This document shows, in pieces, positions 1 to 10,062 of a DNA stretch of 28,798 nucleotides. Source of the DNA: a virus. Lineage: Duplodnaviria; Caudoviricetes. Position 1 is the stretch's first letter. Each line of letters starts with the position of its first letter. The position numbers and the translations under genes are program-made. Location: positions 1 through 28,798 of the IMG/VR virus record IMGVR_UViG_3300022666_000118; one strand, given 5' to 3'. A model generated the notes under the pieces. That model saw only the letters and a program-made list of their open reading frames with translations, ran no database searches and was not told where the DNA came from.

Positions 1-548
1 GCATTATCATTCGCCCTGGTTGGATTCACCGTAAACAGCCATAGCTCAACCTGTGGATCGGTGCTCTGATTCGCCGAATCAATCAAAATTACATCCGTAA
101 TAATCCCGCCCCCGCCGTTCACCCGCCCCGCCTCAATCGTCAAATCCGCCGGCGCCGTCGTACTGTCGGCAATCACATCCCCGGCCGCATACGCCGTCGT
201 GTTGGCCGGCCGCGTAAACGTCGCCGTTTTGTGCACCACCTCGCCGGCAACGCTGCCGACGTGCGTCTCGCCGGCTGCGATGCTGGCGACATCCACATCC
301 CCAATATTGTTTGTGCCAGCGGCCAGGGCCGGGAGCGATGCCACGTCCACATCCCCGATATTGTTGGTGCCGGCAGGGATTGCCGGCAACGACGAAACCG
401 CCACGGACTCGCCGTCGAGCGTGACCGCCAGGTCTCCCTGGTCGCTCGCCAGTACAACCGGCAGGCTGTTGGCCTTCGTGGCCTGCCCGGTGGCCGTGAT
501 GCCCACCAGGTTACTGATCTGTTTTTTTACTGTATCAAATACACTCAT
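1..548 (-). CDS. Putative tail fibre/virion structural protein, 3' end outside window
   Basis: Not in the ORF track because it has no stop in the window. ATG at 548 follows GAGGTGG; it reads MSVFDTVKKQISNLVGITATGQATKANSLPVVLASDQ...GTNNIGDVDVAS...TRPANTTAYAAGDVI and is open to the window edge. Confidence 0.75.
   Translation of the reverse strand, partial: MSVFDTVKKQISNLVGITATGQATKANSLPVVLASDQGDLAVTLDGESVAVSSLPAIPAGTNNIGDVDVASLPALAAGTNNIGDVDVASIAAGETHVGSVAGEVVHKTATFTRPANTTAYAAGDVIADSTTAPADLTIEAGRVNGGGGIITDVILIDSANQSTDPQVELWLFTVNPTRANDN
282..389 (-). repeat. Two imperfect 54-bp coding repeats (LPA[IL][PA]AGTNNIGDVDVAS)
   Basis: tccacatcccc at 292 and 346 (54-nt period), in-frame 18-aa repeat. 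Confidence 0.85.
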
Positions 549-555
549 ATCCACC

Positions 556-1692
556 TCACGCGATCGTCAACGCCGGTTTGGCGGTGATGTTGCCGTTTGC
601 GTCCCGCGTCACCGCCGCCTGGGTCACGGTTTTGCCGCCGGTGACGTGCGTCACCGTGTAGGCATCCACCGCCAACCAGGTCGTGTTTTTGGCCGTGCGT
701 GTCCAGGCCCCGGTGCTGCCGTCCGGCCAGGACACCGTGCCGCTCTCCAGCACGCCGTCTGCATCGTACGTGGCCGTCAGGAGCTCGTACGCCTCCCCCT
801 CCGTCCAGGCCAGCAGGCTCTGGCTCAGGTCGCCCCCGCCGCCGGCTGCCGGAACCCAGGCCGCCAGATCGGCGTCCCAGGTCAGTGCGTCGCCGTCTGA
901 CGGCGCGCTCGTGCTGATATCGCGCCCGTGCAACTGCGTCGCATTGATTGCTACCGATCTGGCCATCCAGCGCAGATCGATCAGGTCTGTACCGCTCTTC
1001 GCTTCGTGCACGGCCGTCTGACCGTAATACAGCCGCACCAGACACAACTCAACCTGCGTTGCCGCCGGCGCAGCGGGCCTATCGTCCAGATCCAGATCAC
1101 CGATATCTACCAGACTGCCAGCAGTTGCTGCCAGCGTACCGCTGGTAGTGATGGTCACCAGCACCCAGCGCTCTTTCCCGTCCACGGTTGGCAAATATGC
1201 CCGCATATCTACCGACAGCGGTGTAATGCTGCCGTTTGCCCCAGCCGATCCGATCAGCCGCATCTGACCACCGCAATACAGGAATCCGGGATGCACATAC
1301 AGCGTCAGGTCTACCGGCGTTGGGCGCAGTTGCAGAATCTGGCGAACATCAACTGGCGTAGTGTCATCCTCCAGCCAACCATGTCGTACGCCATGAGGGG
1401 CGCTATACGCGCCACCGGCCGATTCCAGTATATCGCTGCGCACGCTGATCACCCGCAGTGTACCTGGTTGGCGCGGATCTTCACCGACCACTACCGGCAG
1501 GTCTGGTATTTCCGCCACCTGGTCGTTATAGGCCATGATAGCAGACCCATCGCTATCCAGTCGTACCCAGATATAGCCTCGCCGGCCAGTTTGTACATTG
1601 CCGATGCCGTCGCCGACCAGACCCGTTTGAGCCGTGAGCCTGTCCTGTTTACGGCGCTGGGCTTGCTTGTACAGGTGCTGTGATTCGTTCAT
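556..1692 (-). CDS. Minor tail / tail fibre protein
   Basis: 378 aa, overlaps the upstream tail gene by ATGA; fibre-type linker APSDGDALTWD...WVPAAGGGG; C-terminal WPDG...VDAYTVT...VTRDANG domain resembles phage minor tail proteins. Confidence 0.7.
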   Translation of the reverse strand: MNESQHLYKQAQRRKQDRLTAQTGLVGDGIGNVQTGRRGYIWVRLDSDGSAIMAYNDQVAEIPDLPVVVGEDPRQPGTLRVISVRSDILESAGGAYSAPHGVRHGWLEDDTTPVDVRQILQLRPTPVDLTLYVHPGFLYCGGQMRLIGSAGANGSITPLSVDMRAYLPTVDGKERWVLVTITTSGTLAATAGSLVDIGDLDLDDRPAAPAATQVELCLVRLYYGQTAVHEAKSGTDLIDLRWMARSVAINATQLHGRDISTSAPSDGDALTWDADLAAWVPAAGGGGDLSQSLLAWTEGEAYELLTATYDADGVLESGTVSWPDGSTGAWTRTAKNTTWLAVDAYTVTHVTGGKTVTQAAVTRDANGNITAKPALTIA

Positions 1693-4622
1693 GGGCAGAT
1701 ATTCCAGAGATGCAATGCCTGGGCGACCAACTTATACGATGGTCGCATGCTGATGTTAAAGTTCGCTGTATGGCTGACTTGCGTTCCATCCACGCTCCAA
1801 AACGTTGGGAACGTAACGATCTTTATAAAGTTGCTGCCGAAATCGTTCTTGGAAATCAGGTCTATGCTCTCTGATACGTCGAACTCGTGATCGTCGTATG
1901 CGTAATATTTCTTCAGCAGCACACGATTGGACAGCTCGTTCACGCCGTGCACGATATCCATGCGCACGATTGCCTCCCAGCCGGCGTTTTGCGGCGTCAT
2001 GACTGACCTGGCCGCCGCCTGTACCGCGAAATATTTATCCACGTACGATACCCCGGATGGCGGGGTAATGTATAATAGCCCCCCGGGGCCGCCATAGCCC
2101 GGATACGTCGTACTTTTCACGTTTGGCGATGTCTGGTTGACGTATACGGACACACCGGTCGGCGTGGCGTAGAAGTCCAGGTCTACCGGTGGGTCTGCCG
2201 GCGACCAGATACTGCCGCCCGGAATCGGTTCCCAATACTCTATCTGGTCGACCTCGAAAACGTCCGGATCATTAAATGCGATCTCGACGTAATAAAACTT
2301 CGCTGCTGCTGGCGGGGAGAAATGGCCATCGATGGTTTTTACTTCGCCGCCGCTGACAGAATCGATTACGCCGGTCGCAATGCGATCTCCGTACCAGTCG
2401 CGCAGGTAAACCGTGTAACATACGTCATCTGTCGCCTGCCAGACGTTTTCAGAACCTGTACCGACGTTCTCGTAGACCGCCATCGTCAACGTAAACGACG
2501 TGCGATTGGTTGCCGTACTGGCCCGTACGGTTGCAATCCCCTGCCCCAACAACGGTTGGCGCTGATTTGAGTATAACGCCCGTCCCAACCAGATTCGAAA
2601 AGGCCCGTTTGCCGGTGCGTCTGCGCTCCCAGCGCATTGTCCACCGTCGCCATCGAGCAGGCCGCCGCCGTTCCCGGATCCCCCCCACCCTCCTGGCCAG
2701 CTGCCGCCGCTGCCCCAACCGCTGTCCCCGAACCAGTCCGGTGGATCATTCGGGAAATTCGGCATGATGTATTTGTTCGGTGTAGGGTCGAACCGCTCGA
2801 TGGCTGTAGTGTTGCGCTGCAATGTCGTCGAACTGGGCACGGTAATACCATCTGGCCCGCTGGTCTCGATCTCGCATGCCAGATTGGTGAGCAGGGCGCC
2901 AGATTGCCGGCGCTCATACGATATCTCGCGCACAACAAGACGTTGAGCAGTCCATACCAGACGCTGGGCAGTATCTGCCGCGCTCAGCGTCAATTCGATC
3001 ACATCACCGATTTCCAGTAGGCGATTATTGGCGTTAAGCTGTAATGAAATCGATGGATACCGCATATTCAGCCAGGCATAGCGCAATCCACAGATGGTGT
3101 TCAACTGCGCCTGGCCTGTGACAACCAGAGACTCCACTGCGTCCCTGCGCCCCATGCGCCGGCCAACATTGCCCGGAGCTCGGCTCAGCAGTGGCACAAA
3201 CTCATCGTTTGCGTATGCGAACGCCCCCTGCTCGATCAGGCTGACAGCCGGCAACTGCTCCCGTATATCAATGCGCTCCCGGCAATCTGTCGCTATCAGT
3301 GACATGACTGCGTCCTGACGGTCTGCTACCGGCGTCACCTGATTCTCAGCCCGCAGCCGCAGACGACCATACCGGTCACACAATGCCGTGAAAACGAACC
3401 TGCTATACAGTGGGGCGCTGATCTGCTGCCATAGGGAACCGGTTTGCGCCTCCAGGGCCGCGGTCACACGTGTGTCCCCAGACGGAATCACATCCATCAC
3501 GATGGCAGCCGTCGATCGCCAGGTGATCAGATGCCACAAATATGCATCTGCGGTCAGATCCTTGAAATCTCCCCAGCTGGCCGCATCCGCAACCGAATTG
3601 CGCACCCCGACCACAGGCGAATCGAGCAGCCCCATCCACTGCGCCGGGCCCCGCACCTCGAACGACGCCATTGATCGATCCACGTCGATCTGTATCGTCT
3701 CGCCGGCAATGCGTCCCCAGGCGACAATATTTTCGCGGCCAACGATAGGCCCCAGGCTGATTGGCGTCGACCCGAAAAAATCCTCTGCCACCAGGATGGC
3801 CCTGGCGCCGTCTGTAACGCTGCTGGCGTCGCCATGCAGGCGCACGCTGAATGCATATCCGCCAGATTGGTACCCGAGCCGCTCGATCTCGAAATCTGAT
3901 ATCAGCGGATGAGTGATATCCCACACGTACACCATGCGATGGCCGGTTGCAGATCTGGCGTTCGCTGCGGTGACCGTGCAGGACACACGGTACACGCCGG
4001 CAGCATTGTAGGTGATCGTCGGCGTGGCCGTCGTCATCCCCGACGTTGCCGCCGCGCCGGGCGCAGACCATGCGTACCCGGTCACAGTCGAGCCCGGGCA
4101 CCACGATGCCGCGGCGTCGAAGGCGGTAGACACATCGTCCCCGACCAACTCCACCACCGCGTCCGGGCCCAGCACAGGCACCGGCGACGGGTACTTGTGC
4201 TGGTCGGTGTATGACACATCATCATCCATGTAGATGGATTCGCCGACAATTTTTGCGTACCGAATCCACACGTCGAAGTCCAGGATGGCGGTCAGATATA
4301 GATTGTCGGCCCATGCAACTTCCGAGACGCGGCCAATCGTTAATATACTGGCGGTTGCAGACCGCAACCTCACCCGGCCGACATCTCCGGCGCCATCCTG
4401 CGTACCAACCAGCACGGTCATGCCGGAGACCAAATCTGTGTATGATCCATACGTCACTGTGTCGTAGGTAACAGTCGTGACTGCATCGGCGCTCGTAAAC
4501 GACTGGTTGACTCTCGCCTTCCACACCACTGGCTGCGGCAATATGGCCAGGCGTAACCGAGACCATTGACCTGGCGTACGCAAATACGCCATTTCCTGAG
4601 CGGTGGCTACGCCATTGATCAC
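1689..4622 (-). CDS. Large tail tip/baseplate hub protein with PKD-like domain
   Basis: 977 aa, two genes downstream of TMP; PKD-like motif (FDAAASW...YAWS...TYNAAGVYRVSCTVT); Gly-rich linker before a distinct C-terminal region. Confidence 0.7.
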   Translation of the reverse strand: MINGVATAQEMAYLRTPGQWSRLRLAILPQPVVWKARVNQSFTSADAVTTVTYDTVTYGSYTDLVSGMTVLVGTQDGAGDVGRVRLRSATASILTIGRVSEVAWADNLYLTAILDFDVWIRYAKIVGESIYMDDDVSYTDQHKYPSPVPVLGPDAVVELVGDDVSTAFDAAASWCPGSTVTGYAWSAPGAAATSGMTTATPTITYNAAGVYRVSCTVTAANARSATGHRMVYVWDITHPLISDFEIERLGYQSGGYAFSVRLHGDASSVTDGARAILVAEDFFGSTPISLGPIVGRENIVAWGRIAGETIQIDVDRSMASFEVRGPAQWMGLLDSPVVGVRNSVADAASWGDFKDLTADAYLWHLITWRSTAAIVMDVIPSGDTRVTAALEAQTGSLWQQISAPLYSRFVFTALCDRYGRLRLRAENQVTPVADRQDAVMSLIATDCRERIDIREQLPAVSLIEQGAFAYANDEFVPLLSRAPGNVGRRMGRRDAVESLVVTGQAQLNTICGLRYAWLNMRYPSISLQLNANNRLLEIGDVIELTLSAADTAQRLVWTAQRLVVREISYERRQSGALLTNLACEIETSGPDGITVPSSTTLQRNTTAIERFDPTPNKYIMPNFPNDPPDWFGDSGWGSGGSWPGGWGGSGNGGGLLDGDGGQCAGSADAPANGPFRIWLGRALYSNQRQPLLGQGIATVRASTATNRTSFTLTMAVYENVGTGSENVWQATDDVCYTVYLRDWYGDRIATGVIDSVSGGEVKTIDGHFSPPAAAKFYYVEIAFNDPDVFEVDQIEYWEPIPGGSIWSPADPPVDLDFYATPTGVSVYVNQTSPNVKSTTYPGYGGPGGLLYITPPSGVSYVDKYFAVQAAARSVMTPQNAGWEAIVRMDIVHGVNELSNRVLLKKYYAYDDHEFDVSESIDLISKNDFGSNFIKIVTFPTFWSVDGTQVSHTANFNISMRPSYKLVAQALHLWNICP

Positions 4623-5017
4623 GATTCCACCTCTGCGATCAATTCCTGGAATTGCAGCCGGAATTCCAAACGTCGGCCTGCATCAATGTTTTCGTCGTCT
4701 GGCCACAGCATACGCGCCTGATAGGCCTGATATGTATATCCGCCGCCCTCCGCCACCTCGTTCGTGGTTGTGCGAATATACACCGTGGCCGCCAGATCGG
4801 CGCAAAATGCCCGCAGCGCCTGACGCTGCGCAGCGCTCAGGAAACCCCACAGCCATTCGCACGATGACCAGCCGACGCCGAACACACCGCCGCCAGGCGA
4901 TGGCAGCGTCTCAGCGTGCAGCCGAAAATATGCACGTGGTGCGGGGATAGCCGGCGTCAGATCGGATAGATTGACCATGCCTTCCAACGTGGATCCAATA
5001 GCATACTGGTAACTCAT
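4619..5017 (-). CDS. Distal tail (Dit)-like protein
   Basis: 132 aa directly after TMP; W-x-W-x-x-L and terminal F-x-L-x-F-x-E pattern typical of this gene position. Confidence 0.6.
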   Translation of the reverse strand: MSYQYAIGSTLEGMVNLSDLTPAIPAPRAYFRLHAETLPSPGGGVFGVGWSSCEWLWGFLSAAQRQALRAFCADLAATVYIRTTTNEVAEGGGYTYQAYQARMLWPDDENIDAGRRLEFRLQFQELIAEVES

Positions 5018-7251
5018 ACAGCGCCTCGCAATACGGCCGACATTTCGCCGTCGAAAATATTGCGTACCCGGCGATCCAGCGCGTCCAGTTGGCTGGCCGA
5101 CAAATCGCCGTTGATTATCACATCCAATTTGTAGGATTGGCTGGGCCCGCTGGTCGCCGCCTGCCGCCTGTTGGCGATCACGGCCAATATTTTGTCACGG
5201 TTCAGCCGACCGCCAGCTGCGGACTCCATCGCCGCCGTGCTGGATTTGTCCAGCACGTATTCGTTATCATGCATCTGGTACAGACCCTGATCGACGTACC
5301 CACCGCTGGCCCTGGATCCACGCACCGCAGATGTCCCGGATGCGTTCAACAGTTGTTTCCACTCACTCAGATACTGCTCTCGCGCCCTGCGCATCATGTC
5401 CCCCTCGCGTCCCAGGTAGATGCCCAGGTCTGCCAGTTGTTGCACGAAGGCAGACCAGCGCTGTTGGCGTTCTGCATTTAACTGTTGATCCAGTTCGGAT
5501 AGTTGCTTCTGCGCCTGTTGGCGGATTTTTTCCGTCTCCTGGCGATGGCGGGTATCCAGATCGGCCAGCGCCCGGCGAGTTTGATCAGCCTGCTTGGTTT
5601 GCTCTTCTTTGTGGCGCTTATCGAGCTCGGCCAGTTGCTGGGCATTCTGCTGCGCTGCCTGCGCCTGCCGGTTACGAAAATCGGCTTCTTCATCGGCCAT
5701 GCGCTGCTGGAACTCTTGCCGCCGGCGAACCTGTTCTTCGGCAAACTGCTGATCCCGCTCTGCCATCTGCTGGGCAAAATCCTCGCTGCGCCGGCGAGCT
5801 TCCACCTGGTAATCCTCTTCCGCCTGCTGACGCTGTCGCTCGTAATTCTCCATCTCTCGCAGAGCGCCCAGCACGTCGCCGCGCTCGGCAGCATCCCGCA
5901 TGTTATCGTCGTGCGATTGCTGCAATTTCAGCATTTGACGCTGGTGGTCTTCTTCCATACGCTGCACGTCGCGGCTGTATTGCGCAGCTGCTTTGGCTCG
6001 TTCCTGATAGTACGACTGTTCCGCCTCGGCATTCTGGCGCGCAAAATCCAGGATCGCCCGCTGCCGGCTGCGCTCATACTGGCGCTGTTCGTCGGCCATC
6101 TGGCGTGCGAATTCAGCTATGATGCGGCTGCGTTCCTGACTGTATTGAGCCTCGGATTCTGAGCGCTGCCTGCCGGCATCCTCAACAATACGCGTGCGTT
6201 CATCCTCATATTGCCGCTCGGATTCGGCCAGCTGCTCGCCAGATTGCTGTACAATCTCGGCCTTCTGGCGCTCATATTGCTGTCGCGCTTCCTGCTCCTG
6301 GCGGACGTATGATACATACGCATCAAACCCCTGACCGGCTTTGTCCAATTCCCCATTCAGCCCGCTCAGAGATTTTTCAGCCCCGCTTGCTTCGTCTTCC
6401 AGTACACCCAATGCCCGAGCGACAGCCAGGAATGCCCGGTCTCCGCCCTCTTTCCCACCGAAGAGAGCGCCCCAACCCTTTGCAGATATCGCCAGCAGTT
6501 GCCCGCCGGCCGTTACGCCGCTCTGACCGAACTCGGTTTGGAGCAGCGCCGTCAGGCCGGCGATCGCAATACCCAACAAACCCAACTTTCCTCCGATCGC
6601 TGTCAACGCCCCACCCATGCCATTTTTCGCTGCCCCGGCGCCCATCATTCCGGATGCTGCCAGCATCCGGTCGGACGCCGTCGCCATCATGCGCCCGGCT
6701 ACCAGGTTGGTTGCACTGGCCTGGATATATTTGATATCGGCGTACAGCCGTATACCCTGGGCGACCGCTGTACCGATGCTGCCCAGCGCGGCTACCGCCA
6801 CGCCAATATTCAGCGCGGCCTTGACCGCCCCTGGATGTTTTTCGGCGAATCCTGCCGCCCTGTCTGCCAGATCCGCCACCTGGCGCATGACCGGCAGCGC
6901 CGCCTGTGCGGCCACCTTCCCGATGCGCATCTGCGAGGCTTCCAGTTGTTGCGTTGTATCCAGCCATTGCCGCGCGGCTGTGTCGTTCTCTTTGGCGCTC
7001 TGGGCGTACGATCTGGCCGCCAGCAAGATTGGGCCAGATATCGAGGCGCCCAGGACGGCCAGCGACTGCCCGGCGCTGCCAATGCGCTCAGCCTGCTCTC
7101 GCAGGCCTGCCATGCGCTTTTTCGTTTCATCCGCCTGGGTTTGCACCTGCTTTAGTGCATCCTTCAGGCTCAATGTCCCCTGCTTAGCCTGGTCGAGGCT
7201 GGATTTATCCAGTCCAAAGCGCAGCAATGCGCGCAGCGTATACTCATCCAT
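5014..7251 (-). CDS. Tail tape measure protein
   Basis: 745 aa, Ala/Gly-rich amphipathic N-half, long Q/E/R coiled coil, C-terminal RASGG..E.VL motif, follows the chaperone pair. Confidence 0.92.
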   Translation of the reverse strand: MDEYTLRALLRFGLDKSSLDQAKQGTLSLKDALKQVQTQADETKKRMAGLREQAERIGSAGQSLAVLGASISGPILLAARSYAQSAKENDTAARQWLDTTQQLEASQMRIGKVAAQAALPVMRQVADLADRAAGFAEKHPGAVKAALNIGVAVAALGSIGTAVAQGIRLYADIKYIQASATNLVAGRMMATASDRMLAASGMMGAGAAKNGMGGALTAIGGKLGLLGIAIAGLTALLQTEFGQSGVTAGGQLLAISAKGWGALFGGKEGGDRAFLAVARALGVLEDEASGAEKSLSGLNGELDKAGQGFDAYVSYVRQEQEARQQYERQKAEIVQQSGEQLAESERQYEDERTRIVEDAGRQRSESEAQYSQERSRIIAEFARQMADEQRQYERSRQRAILDFARQNAEAEQSYYQERAKAAAQYSRDVQRMEEDHQRQMLKLQQSHDDNMRDAAERGDVLGALREMENYERQRQQAEEDYQVEARRRSEDFAQQMAERDQQFAEEQVRRRQEFQQRMADEEADFRNRQAQAAQQNAQQLAELDKRHKEEQTKQADQTRRALADLDTRHRQETEKIRQQAQKQLSELDQQLNAERQQRWSAFVQQLADLGIYLGREGDMMRRAREQYLSEWKQLLNASGTSAVRGSRASGGYVDQGLYQMHDNEYVLDKSSTAAMESAAGGRLNRDKILAVIANRRQAATSGPSQSYKLDVIINGDLSASQLDALDRRVRNIFDGEMSAVLRGAV

Positions 7252-7830
7252 GATCGGCCTCCAGCGTGTAACGTACCTTCTGGCTCAGCCACCGCAGCGT
7301 GGCTAAATCGTCCATCAAGGCTTCATCCTCCGCGAGTATCTGGCTGGGCAGGAACCGCCATTCGAATGCTTCCATGATTGCATATACGCGCCGGGCCAGA
7401 TCCGGATTATTCAGCCGGACGGCGTCCGGCAAATTCGGGTCTGGCTCAGCGCTGCAAAACCGGATCAGCCAGCTGTAGAGCCCGTCTGTCTTTTTTTTTC
7501 CTCGCCGTCATCATGGCCAGGGAGCCAGTGCGGGTTCATGCGATACACAATCGCCTCCAGGCCGGCGCCGAGACGATCAGGCAGGCCCAGATACACGTCG
7601 AACTCTGGCGGCCACGCCGTTTCCTGGCCGTCAATGGTGATTGTGCCTGTGGTGCAGCTGCCGGCGTCGGCATAGGAATACATACGCAGCAGACGCCGCT
7701 CAGGATCCGTCTCATGGTCGGCGCCCAGGCTCAACATCGTGCGCCGCAGACCGATCCGGATTGTCGCTGCATGCACAACCAGGTTGGCAGAGATCCGCTC
7801 ATCCTGGTAGGTGTACGGCTCACAGTTCAT
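7244..7830 (-). CDS. Tail assembly chaperone gpGT-like, made by -1 programmed frameshift at A9 (7491-7499)
   Basis: GAA AAA AAA AGA; the -1 frame reads KTDGLYSWLIRFCSAEPDPNLPDAVRLNNPDL... without a stop and is continuous with ORF 7244..7432. Confidence 0.85.
7465..7830 (-). CDS. Tail assembly chaperone (gpG-like)
   Basis: Lies between tail tube and TMP; ends NPHWL...EEKK over an A9 run. Confidence 0.8.
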   Translation of the reverse strand: MNCEPYTYQDERISANLVVHAATIRIGLRRTMLSLGADHETDPERRLLRMYSYADAGSCTTGTITIDGQETAWPPEFDVYLGLPDRLGAGLEAIVYRMNPHWLPGHDDGEEKKRQTGSTAG

Positions 7831-8623
7831 AGAGCACCACAATATCGTCTCCGCTCGTTGGCGCAACGGAGAACGTGATCTTATCCACGGCCGGCGTCAG
7901 GCCGCTGGATACCAGTGTGCCATTCTTCCAGACGCTGATCGTCGCCACATCGCGTGCGGGAGCGGACGCCGGGAAGCTGAAATCAGTGGCGCTGCCATTG
8001 GCCTTGAACGCTACCAGCTTCGGCCGGCCTTTGGTCATCCCGATCAGGATGGTGGCCTCGCTCGCGCCGGCAGTATCTGCGTCCAGCGTTTCTCCCCACA
8101 GCGTTTTGGTAGTGGGCGACGGTGCAACCTTAAACCGGGTATCCTCTGCGTTTTCGCCCATCCCGGCCACGATCGGGATACACCGCGCGCTGGCAATGAT
8201 GAAACAGCGCCAGTGCCGTTGCTTCCCGGCCGCATCCAGGGCCTGCTGATATAACATCATGCCAACCTGCGGCTCTTCACCCTGGCGGTCGGTGCCGATT
8301 GGCACGAACTTTGCTTCGCCAACCGAGTAGCTCAGAACGTCTGTGATCAGCGCCAGAACGGCCTGATCCTCGACGCTGACACGCAGTTCGCCTTCGGCCG
8401 CCTCAGTGGCCGGCAGATAGTCGACCGCCAGCACACGATCCTGGCCAGAGTGTACAATTTTGCGCGGGTCTGGGATCGTCAGACTGAATGCCTTTTCGCC
8501 CTCGACCTCTACGCCCTCGTACGCCGTGGTGCCAGTGGCTGCCGGCCGGCCGTTCGAGTTCAATTCAAAGATGGCGGCATATTTCAAACCAACTGGGAAT
8601 TGCTTCCCGGATGCTACAGTCAT
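7820..8623 (-). CDS. Major tail (tube) protein with C-terminal Ig-like extension
   Basis: 267 aa, G-L-K-x-A N-terminus, position before the chaperones; C-terminal NGSATDF...NG...TFSVAP..GDDIVVLY beta-rich domain. Confidence 0.8.
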   Translation of the reverse strand: MTVASGKQFPVGLKYAAIFELNSNGRPAATGTTAYEGVEVEGEKAFSLTIPDPRKIVHSGQDRVLAVDYLPATEAAEGELRVSVEDQAVLALITDVLSYSVGEAKFVPIGTDRQGEEPQVGMMLYQQALDAAGKQRHWRCFIIASARCIPIVAGMGENAEDTRFKVAPSPTTKTLWGETLDADTAGASEATILIGMTKGRPKLVAFKANGSATDFSFPASAPARDVATISVWKNGTLVSSGLTPAVDKITFSVAPTSGDDIVVLYEL

Positions 8624-8626
8624 GTT

Positions 8627-9109
8627 TCACTCTCCTGGAGCATACCGCCTGTCGTGGAATTCGACCACAACCAGCGACAGCTCAAATCCAACATACGTTG
8701 TACCCGACACCAGTTCTATGACGCCGCTATCTGACACAATAGCGCTCTGTACACTGGGGCCGTCGTCATCGCCTATGCCCAGTCCCAGGGATGGCCTGGC
8801 CATGTAGGCGTCCACAAAGAGCGGTATCAGCGCCTCGGCCTGCGCTTCAATCTCTGCCGGCGTGCTCGACGCGATCATTTGTGCGATGATTTGCACCCGA
8901 TACTGGCGTTCTTCCTGATAGAAACCGGCACCGCTGGATGCGCTATCATAGCGCGCCTGTCCGGCCGTGACGATCGCTGCCGGAAGTTCGGCTCTGTCCA
9001 GTTTTGCCGGCGGGGATGTGTGTGTTGTAACCAGCACCAGGTTATCATCGTCGTCTGTAACCTGTGCAGCGATCGACGCCAGAGCGGTGCGTACCCTGCT
9101 GATACTCAT
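8627..9109 (-). CDS. Tail terminator / tail completion protein
   Basis: 160 aa, LPAAIV motif, sits immediately upstream of the tail tube. Confidence 0.65.
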   Translation of the reverse strand: MSISRVRTALASIAAQVTDDDDNLVLVTTHTSPPAKLDRAELPAAIVTAGQARYDSASSGAGFYQEERQYRVQIIAQMIASSTPAEIEAQAEALIPLFVDAYMARPSLGLGIGDDDGPSVQSAIVSDSGVIELVSGTTYVGFELSLVVVEFHDRRYAPGE

Positions 9110-10017
9110 CGAATCGATCTCCTGACCGGTGGCATCAGCGCATTGATGTCCGCGGGTACAGCGCTCGGAACGATCACAACGCCCTCGTTGATTGATACCG
9201 TCTTATCAAATACATTGGCGTCCTTCTGGCGGTAGCGCCAGGTGGCCAGGCGGACACACGCCATGTTGACCTGCGGGTCTGGCCGGTATAGGTGAATTTC
9301 AGCGTCATGATCGTGCGCAGATGCGACACTACCATTTGCTCCGCGGCGCACAGTCAGTTGGTTCTCCGTCGCGTTCACGTTCGTGACATCGAGCAGCTCG
9401 TTGCCGATGCGCGCCAGCATACCGATCTCAAACCGTGGCAGGCCATCCTCGGCGACGCCGTCAACATCCGTCACATCGATGGTCGTTTCGGACGCGCCAA
9501 TGCCATCGTCGTTTTGCACGCTGTCCAGGCTATTTGCCCAGGCCATATCATAGCGTGGTGCATACCCCCAGAGGCCTGTGATCTGAATAACCTGTTCACG
9601 TCTCCCCCCGTCTCCTGTTAACCAGCGTTCGGAATTGATCAGGCGCACGCCATTCTTTGGATACAGATTCGCCGGTTCCAGCAGGTAGTCGCTGCTGCTG
9701 ATCGTTTGACCGTCGCCGTTGATAACCTGCTCGATTTCCAGCATGTCGTCATCCAGGCGCAGCAGTCCGGCGCCGATATCCGTAGCGGCATTCATCTGGT
9801 CAACGATCCATTCGGCTGAGTACGCGCCAAACGGGTTTGCCCTCCTGACCGGATAGTCGTACCGTCGCGTTTCCCGGCGCACATCGCACCGCCGCCGGCG
9901 ATCGATGTACATGGACGCGCTACGCAGCATAGATCGTATCAACGCCGAATCGCTGGAAACCTGCGTGCTGGTCAGAGCAGCATACCGCTGCACGTCCGAG
10001 ATCGTCGCATAATACAT
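9106..10017 (-). CDS. Head-tail adaptor (gp6/gp15-like) with inserted beta domain
   Basis: Starts MYYATISDV; AS.YID, TG.WGY, P..V..AC..LA...Y and P.DI..L motifs; 303 aa is longer than a typical adaptor. Confidence 0.75.
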   Translation of the reverse strand: MYYATISDVQRYAALTSTQVSSDSALIRSMLRSASMYIDRRRRCDVRRETRRYDYPVRRANPFGAYSAEWIVDQMNAATDIGAGLLRLDDDMLEIEQVINGDGQTISSSDYLLEPANLYPKNGVRLINSERWLTGDGGRREQVIQITGLWGYAPRYDMAWANSLDSVQNDDGIGASETTIDVTDVDGVAEDGLPRFEIGMLARIGNELLDVTNVNATENQLTVRRGANGSVASAHDHDAEIHLYRPDPQVNMACVRLATWRYRQKDANVFDKTVSINEGVVIVPSAVPADINALMPPVRRSIR

Positions 10018-10062
10018 TATTGCGCTCCTGGCCGGGGAATTGCTCCCCCGGCCCAATTCGCA

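Noticed and set aside
1-4622. Diversity-generating retroelement or invertible tail cassette
   Set aside because: No reverse transcriptase, invertase, TR/VR pair or inverted repeats seen in the window
10030-10053. Hairpin between decoration and adaptor genes as a terminator
   Set aside because: GC stem present but no U-tract; more likely an mRNA stability or step-down element
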